The notes beneath the pieces are model-generated. The model was given only the letters and a program-made list of their open reading frames with translations, searched no databases and had not been told where the DNA came from. This document shows positions 10,435 through 20,371 of a stretch of DNA of 64,000 nucleotides, in pieces. The first letter of the stretch is position 1; the number at the start of each line of letters is the position of its first letter. The translations under genes were made by a program, and so were the position numbers. Source of the stretch: Pirellulales bacterium (GTDB taxonomy: Bacteria; Planctomycetota; Planctomycetia; Pirellulales; PALSA-1355); the NCBI GenBank assembly GCA_963733035.1, contig CAVTBU010000005.1, positions 1,536,001 to 1,600,000 of the forward strand, read 5' to 3'.

Positions 10435-11805
10435 CTAACCTTGGAGCGGCCTATTAGCATCGATGAGGCACTTGCAGAATCGTACTTTCCCCGATGGCTC
10501 GCGTGGGATCGAGTCGACCACCGACACGATCGTCTCGGTGGATTCCTGCATGAACTCGCCGACCTTTCTTGCGATTTCTTGCTTTGACCTTTCTCCGTGC
10601 CAACTCATCCCGGGAATGACGAGAACTTCGAATTGCCCAACCGCCCTTTGTATGATCTGCATCTCACGAACGGTCGAGTCGTCCTTGACGATTCGATTTG
10701 TGAAAGCCACTCCCGGCACACGTTGGCCCGCGGAATTAATGAACGCGTCCGTGGTGCGTCCCTCAAGCGATGTAAGTCGCGGCAACTCCGATCCACACTG
10801 GCATAGTTCGTACGTCATCGTGCCGACGTCACCAATTTCGTAACGAATCATTGGCATCGCGACATTCCATAAGTCTGTAATCACGATCCGTCCCATGCTG
10901 GAGTCGGGATAGTCGCCTTGTCCGTCGATTTCAACGAAAACGCCGTAGACATTCACGTGCATTCCCGCATGGCATTCGCATTCTGTGGCAATTCGGCCCG
11001 ATTCGCGCGATCCGTACCAATTGTATGGCCTACAGCCAAACGCCTCAGTAATAACCTCGATCTGACTTCGAAGCAGTGGCTCGGCGGTGACAGAAATGTT
11101 CTGAATGTTCAGACGCAACTGGTTCCGAACAAGAAAATCTGCAAATATCGCGAGTGGCGTCGGATACGCCTGCAGGAATTTTGGCTTCCAACGGGCGAGC
11201 GTTTCGTAGTAGCCGCCCAAGATCCCATCATCGAGCGGACTCGAGGCCAGAAACTTTGTGCGTGTAACGTACCGACTCAACCATTTCTCTCTCCAAGATG
11301 CTGCTGAATTAAAGTCTTGCTGTGCGCCCCACAGGCAAGCAATCTTTTGACCTCGCTCGTAACCAATACGTCGATCCCACTCGTGAGTCGCCGCCCATCG
11401 TCGGTCAAGGGCTGGCCAATCCATATAGAACATGACGGGTGAACTGGTTGTTCCACCGGTCGCAGACTTATACCGCTTAGCCGCCGAGTGTCGTTTGCTC
11501 AGCAGGGCGCTCAGCCGCTCTCGGATGTCGGTTTTAGTCAACGTCGGAATTCGCCGAAACTCTTCCAGGCTGAACCTGTCAAAGGAATGAATCCCGAGCT
11601 CGTCAAACCGCTGACGATAGAAGTCGGTGTTTTCATACGCATACCTGCAGATATCGCGCAATCGACGCAGCTGAAATTCGCGTACATGTTTCGAGTTTCC
11701 CGAGAGGACCGATTGCACCTCAGCGCGATAGCGGCCAGCGTTGCTACCGCGCCAGCGATCCCAGGCCGGCAAGTAGACGTTCGTGGCTAGCGTATCAGCC
11801 AACAT
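10435..11805 (-). CDS. Phenylacetate-CoA ligase/CapK-like adenylate-forming enzyme
   Basis: PTLTK, ATGGTTSSP, YGSRE, PMIRYEIGD, EGR and SGKVRF. ATG at 11805 overlaps the end of the upstream paralog. Confidence 0.88.
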   Translation of the reverse strand: MLADTLATNVYLPAWDRWRGSNAGRYRAEVQSVLSGNSKHVREFQLRRLRDICRYAYENTDFYRQRFDELGIHSFDRFSLEEFRRIPTLTKTDIRERLSALLSKRHSAAKRYKSATGGTTSSPVMFYMDWPALDRRWAATHEWDRRIGYERGQKIACLWGAQQDFNSAASWREKWLSRYVTRTKFLASSPLDDGILGGYYETLARWKPKFLQAYPTPLAIFADFLVRNQLRLNIQNISVTAEPLLRSQIEVITEAFGCRPYNWYGSRESGRIATECECHAGMHVNVYGVFVEIDGQGDYPDSSMGRIVITDLWNVAMPMIRYEIGDVGTMTYELCQCGSELPRLTSLEGRTTDAFINSAGQRVPGVAFTNRIVKDDSTVREMQIIQRAVGQFEVLVIPGMSWHGERSKQEIARKVGEFMQESTETIVSVVDSIPREPSGKVRFCKCLIDANRPLQG

Positions 11806-13189
11806 TAGGGCACGAGTCCTGAAAACTGTCAACCGAATACACGAACCGAAATTTGCCAGTTGGAGTCTTGTCAAACTGCTCGGTGAATTCAATGCTTACA
11901 TTGCGGAATCCAAAACACTCTTCCATCTTCCGCCTCACCATCTCGTCAATCCGTTCGGAGCGGTCGGTTACTCGGACGCGCATGCGTAGCCGTTGTTCAG
12001 ATCGGGAATACACGACCTGAAATTGCTTGACGGTGTCGAAGCCAAAGAACAGGAACTCAAAGAATTCACCGTTGATGATCTTCCCGTCCGGCAGTTCGAT
12101 ATTGTCGTTATCCCGACCTTTCAGCCCGACCAGGCGGTGGGAGTACCGCCCACACTCGCACGCCTGAGTGTCGATGCCGTCCGCCAGATCTCCGACCTGG
12201 TAGCGGATGAAGGGCATGCCGAAGTTATTCAAGTTGGTCACCAGAATTTGCCCATCAACCACTTCCACATACTGGTTCTCCATGACAATATGCAGGCCGC
12301 GGTGGCAGGTACACTCCGTCGCAATCTGGCTCACCTCGCGGCAGCCGTATGAATCGATCACGTCGGCACCAAACACCGAAGAGATCTTTTTCCGCATCGC
12401 GGGCCATAGCATCTCCGCGGACGAAATCACAATCCGTGGCTTTTTGACACGTAGCTGGTTAGCCTCGACAAAGTTCGCTATGAAAAACAGCGAACTGGCG
12501 TAGCCACGCAGAATCTGCGGATGGACTAGGTTAAACGCGCGAAAGTATTTTTTTATCGTGACGCCATCGAGATCAAACGTGTTCAGTTGCAGCATACGGT
12601 AGCGCAGTAGACTTTTAGCGACCGATTTTAGCGAAAACCCCTGCCCGATATCTCGATCGGCCCCCCAGAGAACGGCCTCAATCGCGTGCCGCGAGATGCC
12701 CTTGTGGCGTCTCCATGCCCTGACGCGGGCCGCATCTGCCCAAAGACGGTAGTTGTCGTCCTGAAAAAAGTTCAGAGGCAACCCAGTCGACCCGCCTGTC
12801 GAGTTGGCCGTGATACCGGTGGCTCGCCGATCAGTGGAGATCATTCGACGGGCAGACTGTTGTATCTCAGACTTAGTGAGAATGGGCAATTTGCCGAGGC
12901 ATTCAAAATCCTTGAAATCCCGACGCGGATGCAATCCCAGTTTGTTCAGTCGCTGTCGATAAAACTCGCACGACTCATAAGCATGCCTAAGAAGCGTCTC
13001 TAGCTTGGCCCACTGTACCTCACGCAACTTGTCCGCTGGCCAATACTGCGACGCGAACAGGATGTTGCGAGCCTGCTTCGCAGTGGTCGGGAGGATAGCG
13101 TGTGAGGACGAATACATTCCGATTGTCACACCGTGACTCTTGGGCTGTGCCAGAGTTTTCCGACGGAGAACACCCGTAGTGTTATGCAC
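11795..13189 (-). CDS. Second phenylacetate-CoA ligase/CapK-like enzyme (start 13189 or 13117)
   Basis: LPILTK, STGGSTGLP, YGCRE, PFIRYQVGD and TGKFRF. Confidence 0.88.
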   Translation of the reverse strand: MHNTTGVLRRKTLAQPKSHGVTIGMYSSSHAILPTTAKQARNILFASQYWPADKLREVQWAKLETLLRHAYESCEFYRQRLNKLGLHPRRDFKDFECLGKLPILTKSEIQQSARRMISTDRRATGITANSTGGSTGLPLNFFQDDNYRLWADAARVRAWRRHKGISRHAIEAVLWGADRDIGQGFSLKSVAKSLLRYRMLQLNTFDLDGVTIKKYFRAFNLVHPQILRGYASSLFFIANFVEANQLRVKKPRIVISSAEMLWPAMRKKISSVFGADVIDSYGCREVSQIATECTCHRGLHIVMENQYVEVVDGQILVTNLNNFGMPFIRYQVGDLADGIDTQACECGRYSHRLVGLKGRDNDNIELPDGKIINGEFFEFLFFGFDTVKQFQVVYSRSEQRLRMRVRVTDRSERIDEMVRRKMEECFGFRNVSIEFTEQFDKTPTGKFRFVYSVDSFQDSCPNVG

Positions 13190-13326
13190 TCATACATTTG
13201 CGTAGCACGCACGTGCTGTAATCCACCACGTCTCGGCAGCGGAACGACGCAACAAACGTTCGCGACCTCGCAGAGCGTATCAATCGGGCTGTCAACGATA
13301 AAGAAGCTCAGGCAGCCAGGGCCTGA

Positions 13327-14215
13327 GAACGTGTCTTCAAATTAGTTTTGTCGGGCGAGTCGGCGGGCCATGAGGCTGATCATGGCGATGTGGATTATTG
13401 CTTCGCTCGTTTCGGTGTTCCGTTCGTAGTCGCGGGCATGTCGGCGGTGGCGAGCGATCCAGGAGAAGGTGCGTTCCACAATCCAACGTTTCGGCAATAC
13501 GACGAAGTCTTTGGCCGTCGCCGGCCGGAGGACCGTTTGTAAAAGCCAGCCGAAGGTCGTGCGAACCCAGTCGGGCAGCCCCGGACGGCCGTAGGCGCTG
13601 TCGGCGAACACGACCTTGAGGCGGCGGCATCGTTGGCTTAGCAGCATAAGCACGAAGTGAGTTCCCTCGTGATCTTGCCAGTCCGCCCCATGCACGACGA
13701 CCGCCCACACCAGGCCCAAGGTGTCAACGGCCAGGTGCCGCTTGCGACCAGTAATCTTCTTGCCTGCGTCATAACCCCGCTGTTCGCCGCCTTCGGCAGT
13801 GCGCACCGACTGACTATCGAGGATCGCTGCGGTGGGCTTGCTTCGTTTGCCAACACCCCGTCTCACCCGTTGCCGCAACACATTGTGAATCTGCTCCCAG
13901 AGGCCGGCCATGCGCCATCGCCGGAACACCGTGTAGACGGTCTTCCACTTCGGAAAGTCGAGCGGCAGCTGTCTCCACTGGCGGCCCGTGCGCACCACAT
14001 ACAGCACCGCATCGAGAATCTCTCGCCGGTCGATCGGTGGCCGACCACGCTTGGCCCGCCTCGGCAACAGGGGCCGAATCAACTGCCATTGTCCGTCCGT
14101 CAGGTCGCTGGGATAATGCTCGCTCATCGCTATGGCTCCGTCTTCCTTGACTTGATAATCCAAGGTGCGGAGTCGTAGCGTTTTTCATTGATTCAGGCAA
14201 TTTGAAGACACGTTC
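13327..14215 (-). mobile_element. Intact IS5-family insertion sequence (IS1031-like)
   Basis: Perfect terminal inverted repeat GAACGTGTCTTCAAATT / AATTTGAAGACACGTTC, flanked by TGA on both sides; single transposase ORF. Confidence 0.93.
13342..14127 (-). CDS. IS5-family transposase
   Basis: YPSDLTDGQW, ILDSQSV, GYDAGKKITGRKRH, ADSAY and RWIVERTFSW. Confidence 0.95.
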   Translation of the reverse strand: MSEHYPSDLTDGQWQLIRPLLPRRAKRGRPPIDRREILDAVLYVVRTGRQWRQLPLDFPKWKTVYTVFRRWRMAGLWEQIHNVLRQRVRRGVGKRSKPTAAILDSQSVRTAEGGEQRGYDAGKKITGRKRHLAVDTLGLVWAVVVHGADWQDHEGTHFVLMLLSQRCRRLKVVFADSAYGRPGLPDWVRTTFGWLLQTVLRPATAKDFVVLPKRWIVERTFSWIARHRRHARDYERNTETSEAIIHIAMISLMARRLARQN

Positions 14216-14281
14216 TGAGTCCGACACTTCTCGCGAATGCGCTTGAAGCGACGATTCATCGCACGCTTTTAAACACGTGCG

Positions 14282-15232
14282 TCACGCGCGATCCGGAAGC
14301 CGAAGCGGCAATCGCTCAGAGTTTTGTGGGAGTCTCTCTCGTGGAATAGCAACGATATTTACGAAGTCTTCGCCTCTGGGCTCATCACTCTCCATCATCT
14401 TCCTGAGTTGGATCCCTATCAATGACTTTGTAAGACAATATAGGCCGTACTCATGATAGTCCAACTGAAACAGAATCTCCCTAACCGACGCCTCGAACCG
14501 AGCAAGTGCTTTCGGACACAGTTCGATTAAGATCACCGGACGCAGATGTGCTAGTAGTGAATGTGCTCCGCGCAGCATCATGAGTTCGGCACCCTCTATG
14601 TCGCATTTTAAGAATTCCACATGCCGAATCCCTTTCTCGCGTACGTATTGATCCAAGGTGGTTGTCGGAACTGAGTCTGTAAGGTACCGCCGTTCGACAT
14701 CGATTGACGTCGTACCAGCACCAAATGTCGGCGTAATAGGTACCTCACCGACGAAGTCCGAGATCGCAGTTCTGTTGATGCACACTACGGAGGCGAAGTC
14801 ATTGAGCGCCACATTCGCCTTCAGCTGTGTGATCTCTTGGGCGGAGATCTCAAATGCGTGTACTTCCCCTATGGGGGCCACCTTTCTCGCGGCGAGCATA
14901 GTATAGTATCCCACATTTGCACCCACGTCGAAAAAGACGTCACCTGCTTTTAAGTTACATTCGATAAATCGTGTTTCGGCGTAGTCATAATATCCAGAAT
15001 AATAAAGCAGTACATCGAGATAGCTCGCTAGGTCGAGACGAAACCATACGCCGCGGCGTCTTGCAACAACAACATGCGCACGTCGCAGACCGAATACTCG
15101 GATCAGCGACGAGACTATCTGCCATCGACCGGGAAGTGGCGGTGTAACCTTTCCGTAGAAAAGAGTCAAAGTATGACCTAAGCGGATCAACTGCGGCTTC
15201 CCGATAATTGCACTCAGCCTTTTTAGCGGCAC
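14282..15232 (-). CDS. FkbM-family methyltransferase
   Basis: DVGANVGYY and LKCDIEGAE motifs. Confidence 0.9.
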   Translation of the reverse strand: MPLKRLSAIIGKPQLIRLGHTLTLFYGKVTPPLPGRWQIVSSLIRVFGLRRAHVVVARRRGVWFRLDLASYLDVLLYYSGYYDYAETRFIECNLKAGDVFFDVGANVGYYTMLAARKVAPIGEVHAFEISAQEITQLKANVALNDFASVVCINRTAISDFVGEVPITPTFGAGTTSIDVERRYLTDSVPTTTLDQYVREKGIRHVEFLKCDIEGAELMMLRGAHSLLAHLRPVILIELCPKALARFEASVREILFQLDYHEYGLYCLTKSLIGIQLRKMMESDEPRGEDFVNIVAIPRERLPQNSERLPLRLPDRA

Positions 15233-15241
15233 TGTTGCAGC

Positions 15242-15383
15242 CTAGTGTAGTGACGCATTAATCCGGGGCCTTTTGAAAAGCTCGAATATGGACGTTGAAC
15301 CGTTCGGCGGGATCGCATTCGTGTGAAAAGCCCAGCAGAAGTCACTTGCTATAAATACCCAACAACTCGATTCACTACACTAG
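15242..15383. mobile_element. MITE-like element 1
   Basis: Bounded by inverted repeats CTAGTGTAGTGA ... TCACTACACTAG; non-coding interior. Confidence 0.6.
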
Positions 15384-15525
15384 CGGGCTGTGCCGTCGCC
15401 ACCGGAATAGCAAAGATTATGAACCAACCAGCGCATCCAGCGCCGCTATGATCCCAATCACCATGATCACCTTGATTTCACGACGCTTGGCGCAAGTTCT
15501 CCGTAGGCAGTTACCGATTCTAGTT

Positions 15526-15649
15526 CTAGTGTAGTGGCTCAATCAGATGGGGTTTTATGCAGACGCACATCATTGGCCGCTAGCTAGCGAGAATCCCCCG
15601 GAAAACACCGGGAATCCTAAAGCCCGTTATTTCGCAGACACTACACTAG
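15526..15649. mobile_element. MITE-like element 2
   Basis: Bounded by CTAGTGTAGTG ... CACTACACTAG. Its end supplies the stop codon of the Wzy-like gene. Confidence 0.6.
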
Positions 15650-16842
15650 GTCGAAATGCGCCTGGAACAGTTGCCGGCGCGAACAATGCAGGGCGGTCAC
15701 CTGAAATGCGCCGTACCAGATCCATGTATACCGATAGAGATTGTGCCCTGCCATCCCTAAGATCAGCATCAAGAGCGCCGAAGCCAGAACCGACGCCGAG
15801 ACCCAGAAACAAAATCCCCTCTCCCTCCACGGAGTACCCGAGCAACAACGAGAGCTGTCGCGAGCATTCAATACTACGCCCGCGATCACGCCCGCAAATG
15901 CGATCATGCCGATGATGCCAACCTCTGCCAACAACTGGCCATATAGTGAATGCACCTGCATTCCAGTTCCGCTGCTCAAGGGAAAGGAACCAGGACCGAA
16001 CGAACACAAGGGTCGCTGCTTCCAAAGCTCAATTGCAATTTTGAAGAATTCTTCCGCGATTCCGCGGAGGCCTGAGCGTTTGCGGGACCGCGACCGGAAT
16101 CAAAGAGCGTGAGATAGCGGTTTTGTCGATCTTCGGGCAGCGTCACCCATACGAGCGGAGCTAGGCAAGCGACGGCGATTCCAACACGCCAGCGATAGCG
16201 CGACATGGTCACCAGGACAATCATGCCCACTGACAGCCCGACAAAACCAGCTCTTGACCCGGTAAGCATGACGCACGTGATAGTAAGAGCAGTGTAGATG
16301 CCAAGTAAAGTGGCGTCGCGCCAAGTTCGCAAGGTTCGCCAGAACGGGATAGTCATGGGAAGAGCATAGACCACGGTCGCGGCGAATGCATTCGGATCTC
16401 CGTGAGTGTTGTCTATACCGACCATTCGGGCCGTACCCATCCGCCATACATAGCGCCCATTGCCATACTCCCACAGACTGTGCGTCATGTAGAGGGCCAT
16501 GCAGACTAGAAAGCCTGTGACGATGAATTTAAGTTTCTTCTCGTCGCGGATACAGGATACAACCAACACATAGAATACGACGGTCTTCCAATACTCGTCC
16601 ACGGCTAGTGTACCCGCGTCATGATAGGGGCTCAGTATCCACGCGACGAGAAACGACAGAAAGAATGCTGCGAAGGCGAGATTCAAGCGATTGCGAGTCC
16701 ATCCTTTGTTGGCCGATAGAAACCAGCAACCAAGCGTCACCAGCATATATACTCGCTCAACGCGCAACGCACCAAGCCACGGCCAGACCTCAAAGGGCCG
16801 GTGGATATAGAGCCACATGTAGCCGACTAACAGCCAATGCAT
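15641..16842 (-). CDS. O-antigen ligase/Wzy-like polymerase (frameshift near 16052)
   Basis: Multi-TM protein with GDPNAFA, LTGSRAGF, FGPGSF and HSLYGQLLAEVGIIG. One added base in CGGAA[A]GAATTC joins the two ORFs. Confidence 0.82.
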
Positions 16843-16890
16843 AGTTGAAATCGTTGACCCCGGAAGATCTACTCGCGGCGAGCCCGCCGC

Positions 16891-18006
16891 TCATGTCCTG
16901 GAATGACCTGTCTCGTCGGCGAACACCAGTGCGAGCCGAAGTAGCCTCCGAATGAACTTGTCGTGCGTGAAGTTCTGGATCACATGTCGACGAGCGGCTT
17001 CTCCAAGGCGGCGCCGTTGGTCGGGGTCATTCCAAAGCTCAAGTATCCGCATACGGAGTGCTTCGGCATCCCCAGAAGCCACGATGTAGCCAGTTTGCCC
17101 GTCGAGAATGTAGTCGCTGGCCGCGATACTGTCGGCCGCAATGATGGGTTTCCCGTGCCACATGGCATTGCAGAAGTTCGCCTCCCCACCTCCCTTTAGC
17201 CCAGTATGTACCATTGGGATGACGACAAAACTCGATGCGGCTTGTAACTGTGCGAAGGCGGGCTCCGGTGCTCCCAGTACGATCACATTTGGTAACCGCT
17301 CTATTTGGTTTCGCACCTCTTGGGCCGTCGCACTGATGACTACCGGGATTCCGGTATCTCTCACCGCGTTAATCAAAGTCTGGTAGTCGCGTTTTCCGTT
17401 GCCACCCGAAAAGATGAAGGCGCCGATCGACAAATCATACACTGGACCTTTGGAGTGATTCGCTTTGAATGGCAAGAAGATGAAACGGTCCTCTGGTATA
17501 CCCAGATAAGCAGCGTGTGTGGCGACTTGCGGCTTTGACCACACCACGCTTAATCTTATGCCTTGTATTGCGATCTGTACGATTCGCTTTTTCCACGGCC
17601 GATTCATTTCCACGAAAATATCCCATAGCAACACTCGTCGCCGCCAATGAAACAGTAGACGGTTTAGAAGCCCTACGCTGAACCAGAGTGAGGAGCCGCC
17701 ATTCACAATCAACACACTATCGCCCCGACAGCGCCAAAGTAGCCTTATTGCGTACGCAACGCTGTAGAGACACGGTACAAAGCGGAGGAAGTGGACACAT
17801 GTACCTGCGGGTATGTAGTCGACATGGAACCCGTCAACTGGAGTGAATTGCTCATGAGATAGAAGCCGTGTATGTGGTTGCGACGCACAGTTACGGTGAT
17901 CGGAGTCCAAAAGCTTCCAATCGTCTTGAATTTCGCGAAGACTCGTTCTTCTGGCATTACCACGTTCGGCTGCTTGGATGGTCACAGCTTCATCGCCGGT
18001 AATCAT
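16891..18006 (-). CDS. GT4-like glycosyltransferase
   Basis: C-terminal GT-B domain: RDYQTL, AMWHGKPIIA and DGQTGYIV. Confidence 0.8.
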   Translation of the reverse strand: MITGDEAVTIQAAERGNARRTSLREIQDDWKLLDSDHRNCASQPHTRLLSHEQFTPVDGFHVDYIPAGTCVHFLRFVPCLYSVAYAIRLLWRCRGDSVLIVNGGSSLWFSVGLLNRLLFHWRRRVLLWDIFVEMNRPWKKRIVQIAIQGIRLSVVWSKPQVATHAAYLGIPEDRFIFLPFKANHSKGPVYDLSIGAFIFSGGNGKRDYQTLINAVRDTGIPVVISATAQEVRNQIERLPNVIVLGAPEPAFAQLQAASSFVVIPMVHTGLKGGGEANFCNAMWHGKPIIAADSIAASDYILDGQTGYIVASGDAEALRMRILELWNDPDQRRRLGEAARRHVIQNFTHDKFIRRLLRLALVFADETGHSRT

Positions 18007-18066
18007 TTCTGTGAAGATCGCATCACTATACAGAGTTAATATGGCAACTTAGCGCGGTGCCATTTG

Positions 18067-19254
18067 TCATGAACGCGGTTTGTCGAACAGTTCCTGATAG
18101 ACGGACGCATATCTGTGCAATTCTGTTGCGCGGCTATAGCGCTGCCGCGACTTCTGCAGTGCCTTTAGAGCGAGTCGACTGGCAATCGTAGGATCAACTA
18201 AGAGGTTCTCGATCGCGTGAGCTAGGGAGTCGGCGTTGTCCGGCGGCACCAAGAGTCCGTTCACGCCGTGTTCGATGACCTCGCGAGTGCCATCGATATC
18301 CGTTGCCACAATTGGCAGTCCCGCCGCCATGTACTCGAGGAGTGCGTTGGAGAACCCCTCGGAATCGGAGGTCAGCACGGCTACGTCGAACGTGTTCAGC
18401 AAGCTGGGAATGTCATCGACGCGACCGGCGAAGTGGACACATTCGTCGAGCCCGAGCTGGCGGGTGATCTCCTCTAGATGTGGTCGCAATTCACCGTCTC
18501 CCGCGATGCAGAACGTCAGGTCGGAATACCGCTCCTTCAGGATTGCCGCGGCGCGCAAGAAGAGGTCAAGGTTCTTGACGGGCCTAAGATTGGCCACGAT
18601 GCCAACCCGCTTGCGGGCTACCGAATTGCTGGGACTGCTGCGATCCCTGGGATGGAAACGATCGAGGTCGATGCCGTTGGGAATCACGTGGACGCTTTCG
18701 GGGCGCGCTCCCTCCTGTTCGATGACTGCCTGGCGGCAGCTTTCGCTGTTAGCGATGGTTCCATCGACCAATCGAGAAACGATTCGTCCCAACCAGCGAT
18801 GGCGGCGGGTAAGCCAGTACCCCGTGTTGCGCCGGGTGCGGATGCATTGCACACCGGCGAGCCTCGCCAACGGGGCTCCAAAGTAGGTGCTGTCTGGAAA
18901 ATGCAGTTGCACCAAGTCGATCTGCGATTTTCGCAGCCAACGAACAAAGCGCCAAGCTTGCCGCGCCGCATGAAAGGTTGCTAGAGATCGGATTTCGAGA
19001 CGCAACACCGGGCAATCTCGGGGCTCGAGCGCACGCGATGACTGGCTGCTGCCGTCAAGCAGGCAAAGGTACGGTTGGACTCGCCTGCGGTCAAGATTTG
19101 AAATCAAAGCCAAAAGTTGCTTCTCAGTACCGCCAATGGCAAGCCCATCGATCAGGTAGCAAGCCCGGATTGGACGTGGGCCAGCGGTCTTGCTAGACGT
19201 ATCATTTGAATCGACGGATGATTCAGCGTGCCGCAGCAAGTGACAATCCTTCAC
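18067..19254 (-). CDS. GT4 glycosyltransferase (start uncertain)
   Basis: GGTEKQ, VANLRPVKN and EGFSNALLEYMAAG. Confidence 0.9.
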   Translation of the reverse strand: MKDCHLLRHAESSVDSNDTSSKTAGPRPIRACYLIDGLAIGGTEKQLLALISNLDRRRVQPYLCLLDGSSQSSRALEPRDCPVLRLEIRSLATFHAARQAWRFVRWLRKSQIDLVQLHFPDSTYFGAPLARLAGVQCIRTRRNTGYWLTRRHRWLGRIVSRLVDGTIANSESCRQAVIEQEGARPESVHVIPNGIDLDRFHPRDRSSPSNSVARKRVGIVANLRPVKNLDLFLRAAAILKERYSDLTFCIAGDGELRPHLEEITRQLGLDECVHFAGRVDDIPSLLNTFDVAVLTSDSEGFSNALLEYMAAGLPIVATDIDGTREVIEHGVNGLLVPPDNADSLAHAIENLLVDPTIASRLALKALQKSRQRYSRATELHRYASVYQELFDKPRS

Positions 19255-20371
19255 GTGAACTCAGTCGAAGCATGTCAGAAAACAGGCGGAGATAGGCGTC
19301 TGCCTGCGCCTTGAAGGAAAACGATTGACGCACGCGTTCTCGACCGGCAACTGCCATTTGATTGCGGAGTGAAGCATTTGCAAGCAATTGGCTCAGGCGA
19401 GACGCCAGGGAGATTGGATCGCCGGCGGGTACCAAGTATCCGTTGATGCCGTCTTCGAGAACTTCCGGAGTCCCTCCCACAGAAGTTGCCACCGTGGGCA
19501 CGCCGGCAGCAAGTGCTTCAAGGACAACATTTGGAAGGCCTTCGGTATGCGATGGTAATGTGAACAGGTCACAACATGGCAGCAATGTATCCAGATCGTG
19601 CCGAAAGCCGCCCAGGATAAAGCACGATTCCAGTCCTAGTGATCGAATCTGTCGCTGCAACGACTCGCGGAGAGGACCATCGCCAAAAAGAACAAATCCC
19701 ACATCGGGCGTGGAACGAAGCACATCAGCGGCTGCATCTACCAGAACGTCGAATCCCTTTTCAGGACTCAGCCGGCCAGCGGCACCTACAATCAAGCGAA
19801 CTGGTGCGGGAAGCAAGGACTCTAATTCACCGCGACCAAGTTTATTGGGAGCATCGAACCGCTCACAACGAATGGCGTTATGGATGACGACCGTTCGGTC
19901 CTGTCGCACACCTGCGCACCGCACTTTGGCCGCTTGTCCGTGCGAAACACAAGCCACCCTGTCCATGCAGCGCAGGATGCGGCGGTCAATTGATTCGTAG
20001 AGTCGGATCTTAGCACTCTCGCCAGTCCATCCTCGCGAGACGGCCACGACGGGGATGCCGACTTGCCGAGCAGCAAACAAGCCAAGGAAGCCCGCCTTAT
20101 ATCCATGGCAAATAAGCATATCGGCAGGCACGGAGCGCAATAGCGAGCGCACCTCTCGACCTGCGGCGAACAGATGAGGTGTGTCATTGGCAATTGCCAC
20201 CGCCTTAAAGTCTTGTGCGCGTGCTCGTTCGAGAAAACCTTGACACAGACCGCCTTCGGAGAAGGAGGCGAAGACGGTATTGCAACGGTCGCGCAGTTCC
20301 GAAGCAAGCTCAAGCATCTGCCTCTCCGGACCCCCGAAGAATCTGGACGACGTTAGATTTACAAGATTCAT
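19223..20371 (-). CDS. GT4 glycosyltransferase
   Basis: GGPERQ, GRLSPEKG and EGLPNVVLEA. Confidence 0.92.
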   Translation of the reverse strand: MNLVNLTSSRFFGGPERQMLELASELRDRCNTVFASFSEGGLCQGFLERARAQDFKAVAIANDTPHLFAAGREVRSLLRSVPADMLICHGYKAGFLGLFAARQVGIPVVAVSRGWTGESAKIRLYESIDRRILRCMDRVACVSHGQAAKVRCAGVRQDRTVVIHNAIRCERFDAPNKLGRGELESLLPAPVRLIVGAAGRLSPEKGFDVLVDAAADVLRSTPDVGFVLFGDGPLRESLQRQIRSLGLESCFILGGFRHDLDTLLPCCDLFTLPSHTEGLPNVVLEALAAGVPTVATSVGGTPEVLEDGINGYLVPAGDPISLASRLSQLLANASLRNQMAVAGRERVRQSFSFKAQADAYLRLFSDMLRLSSREGLSLAAAR

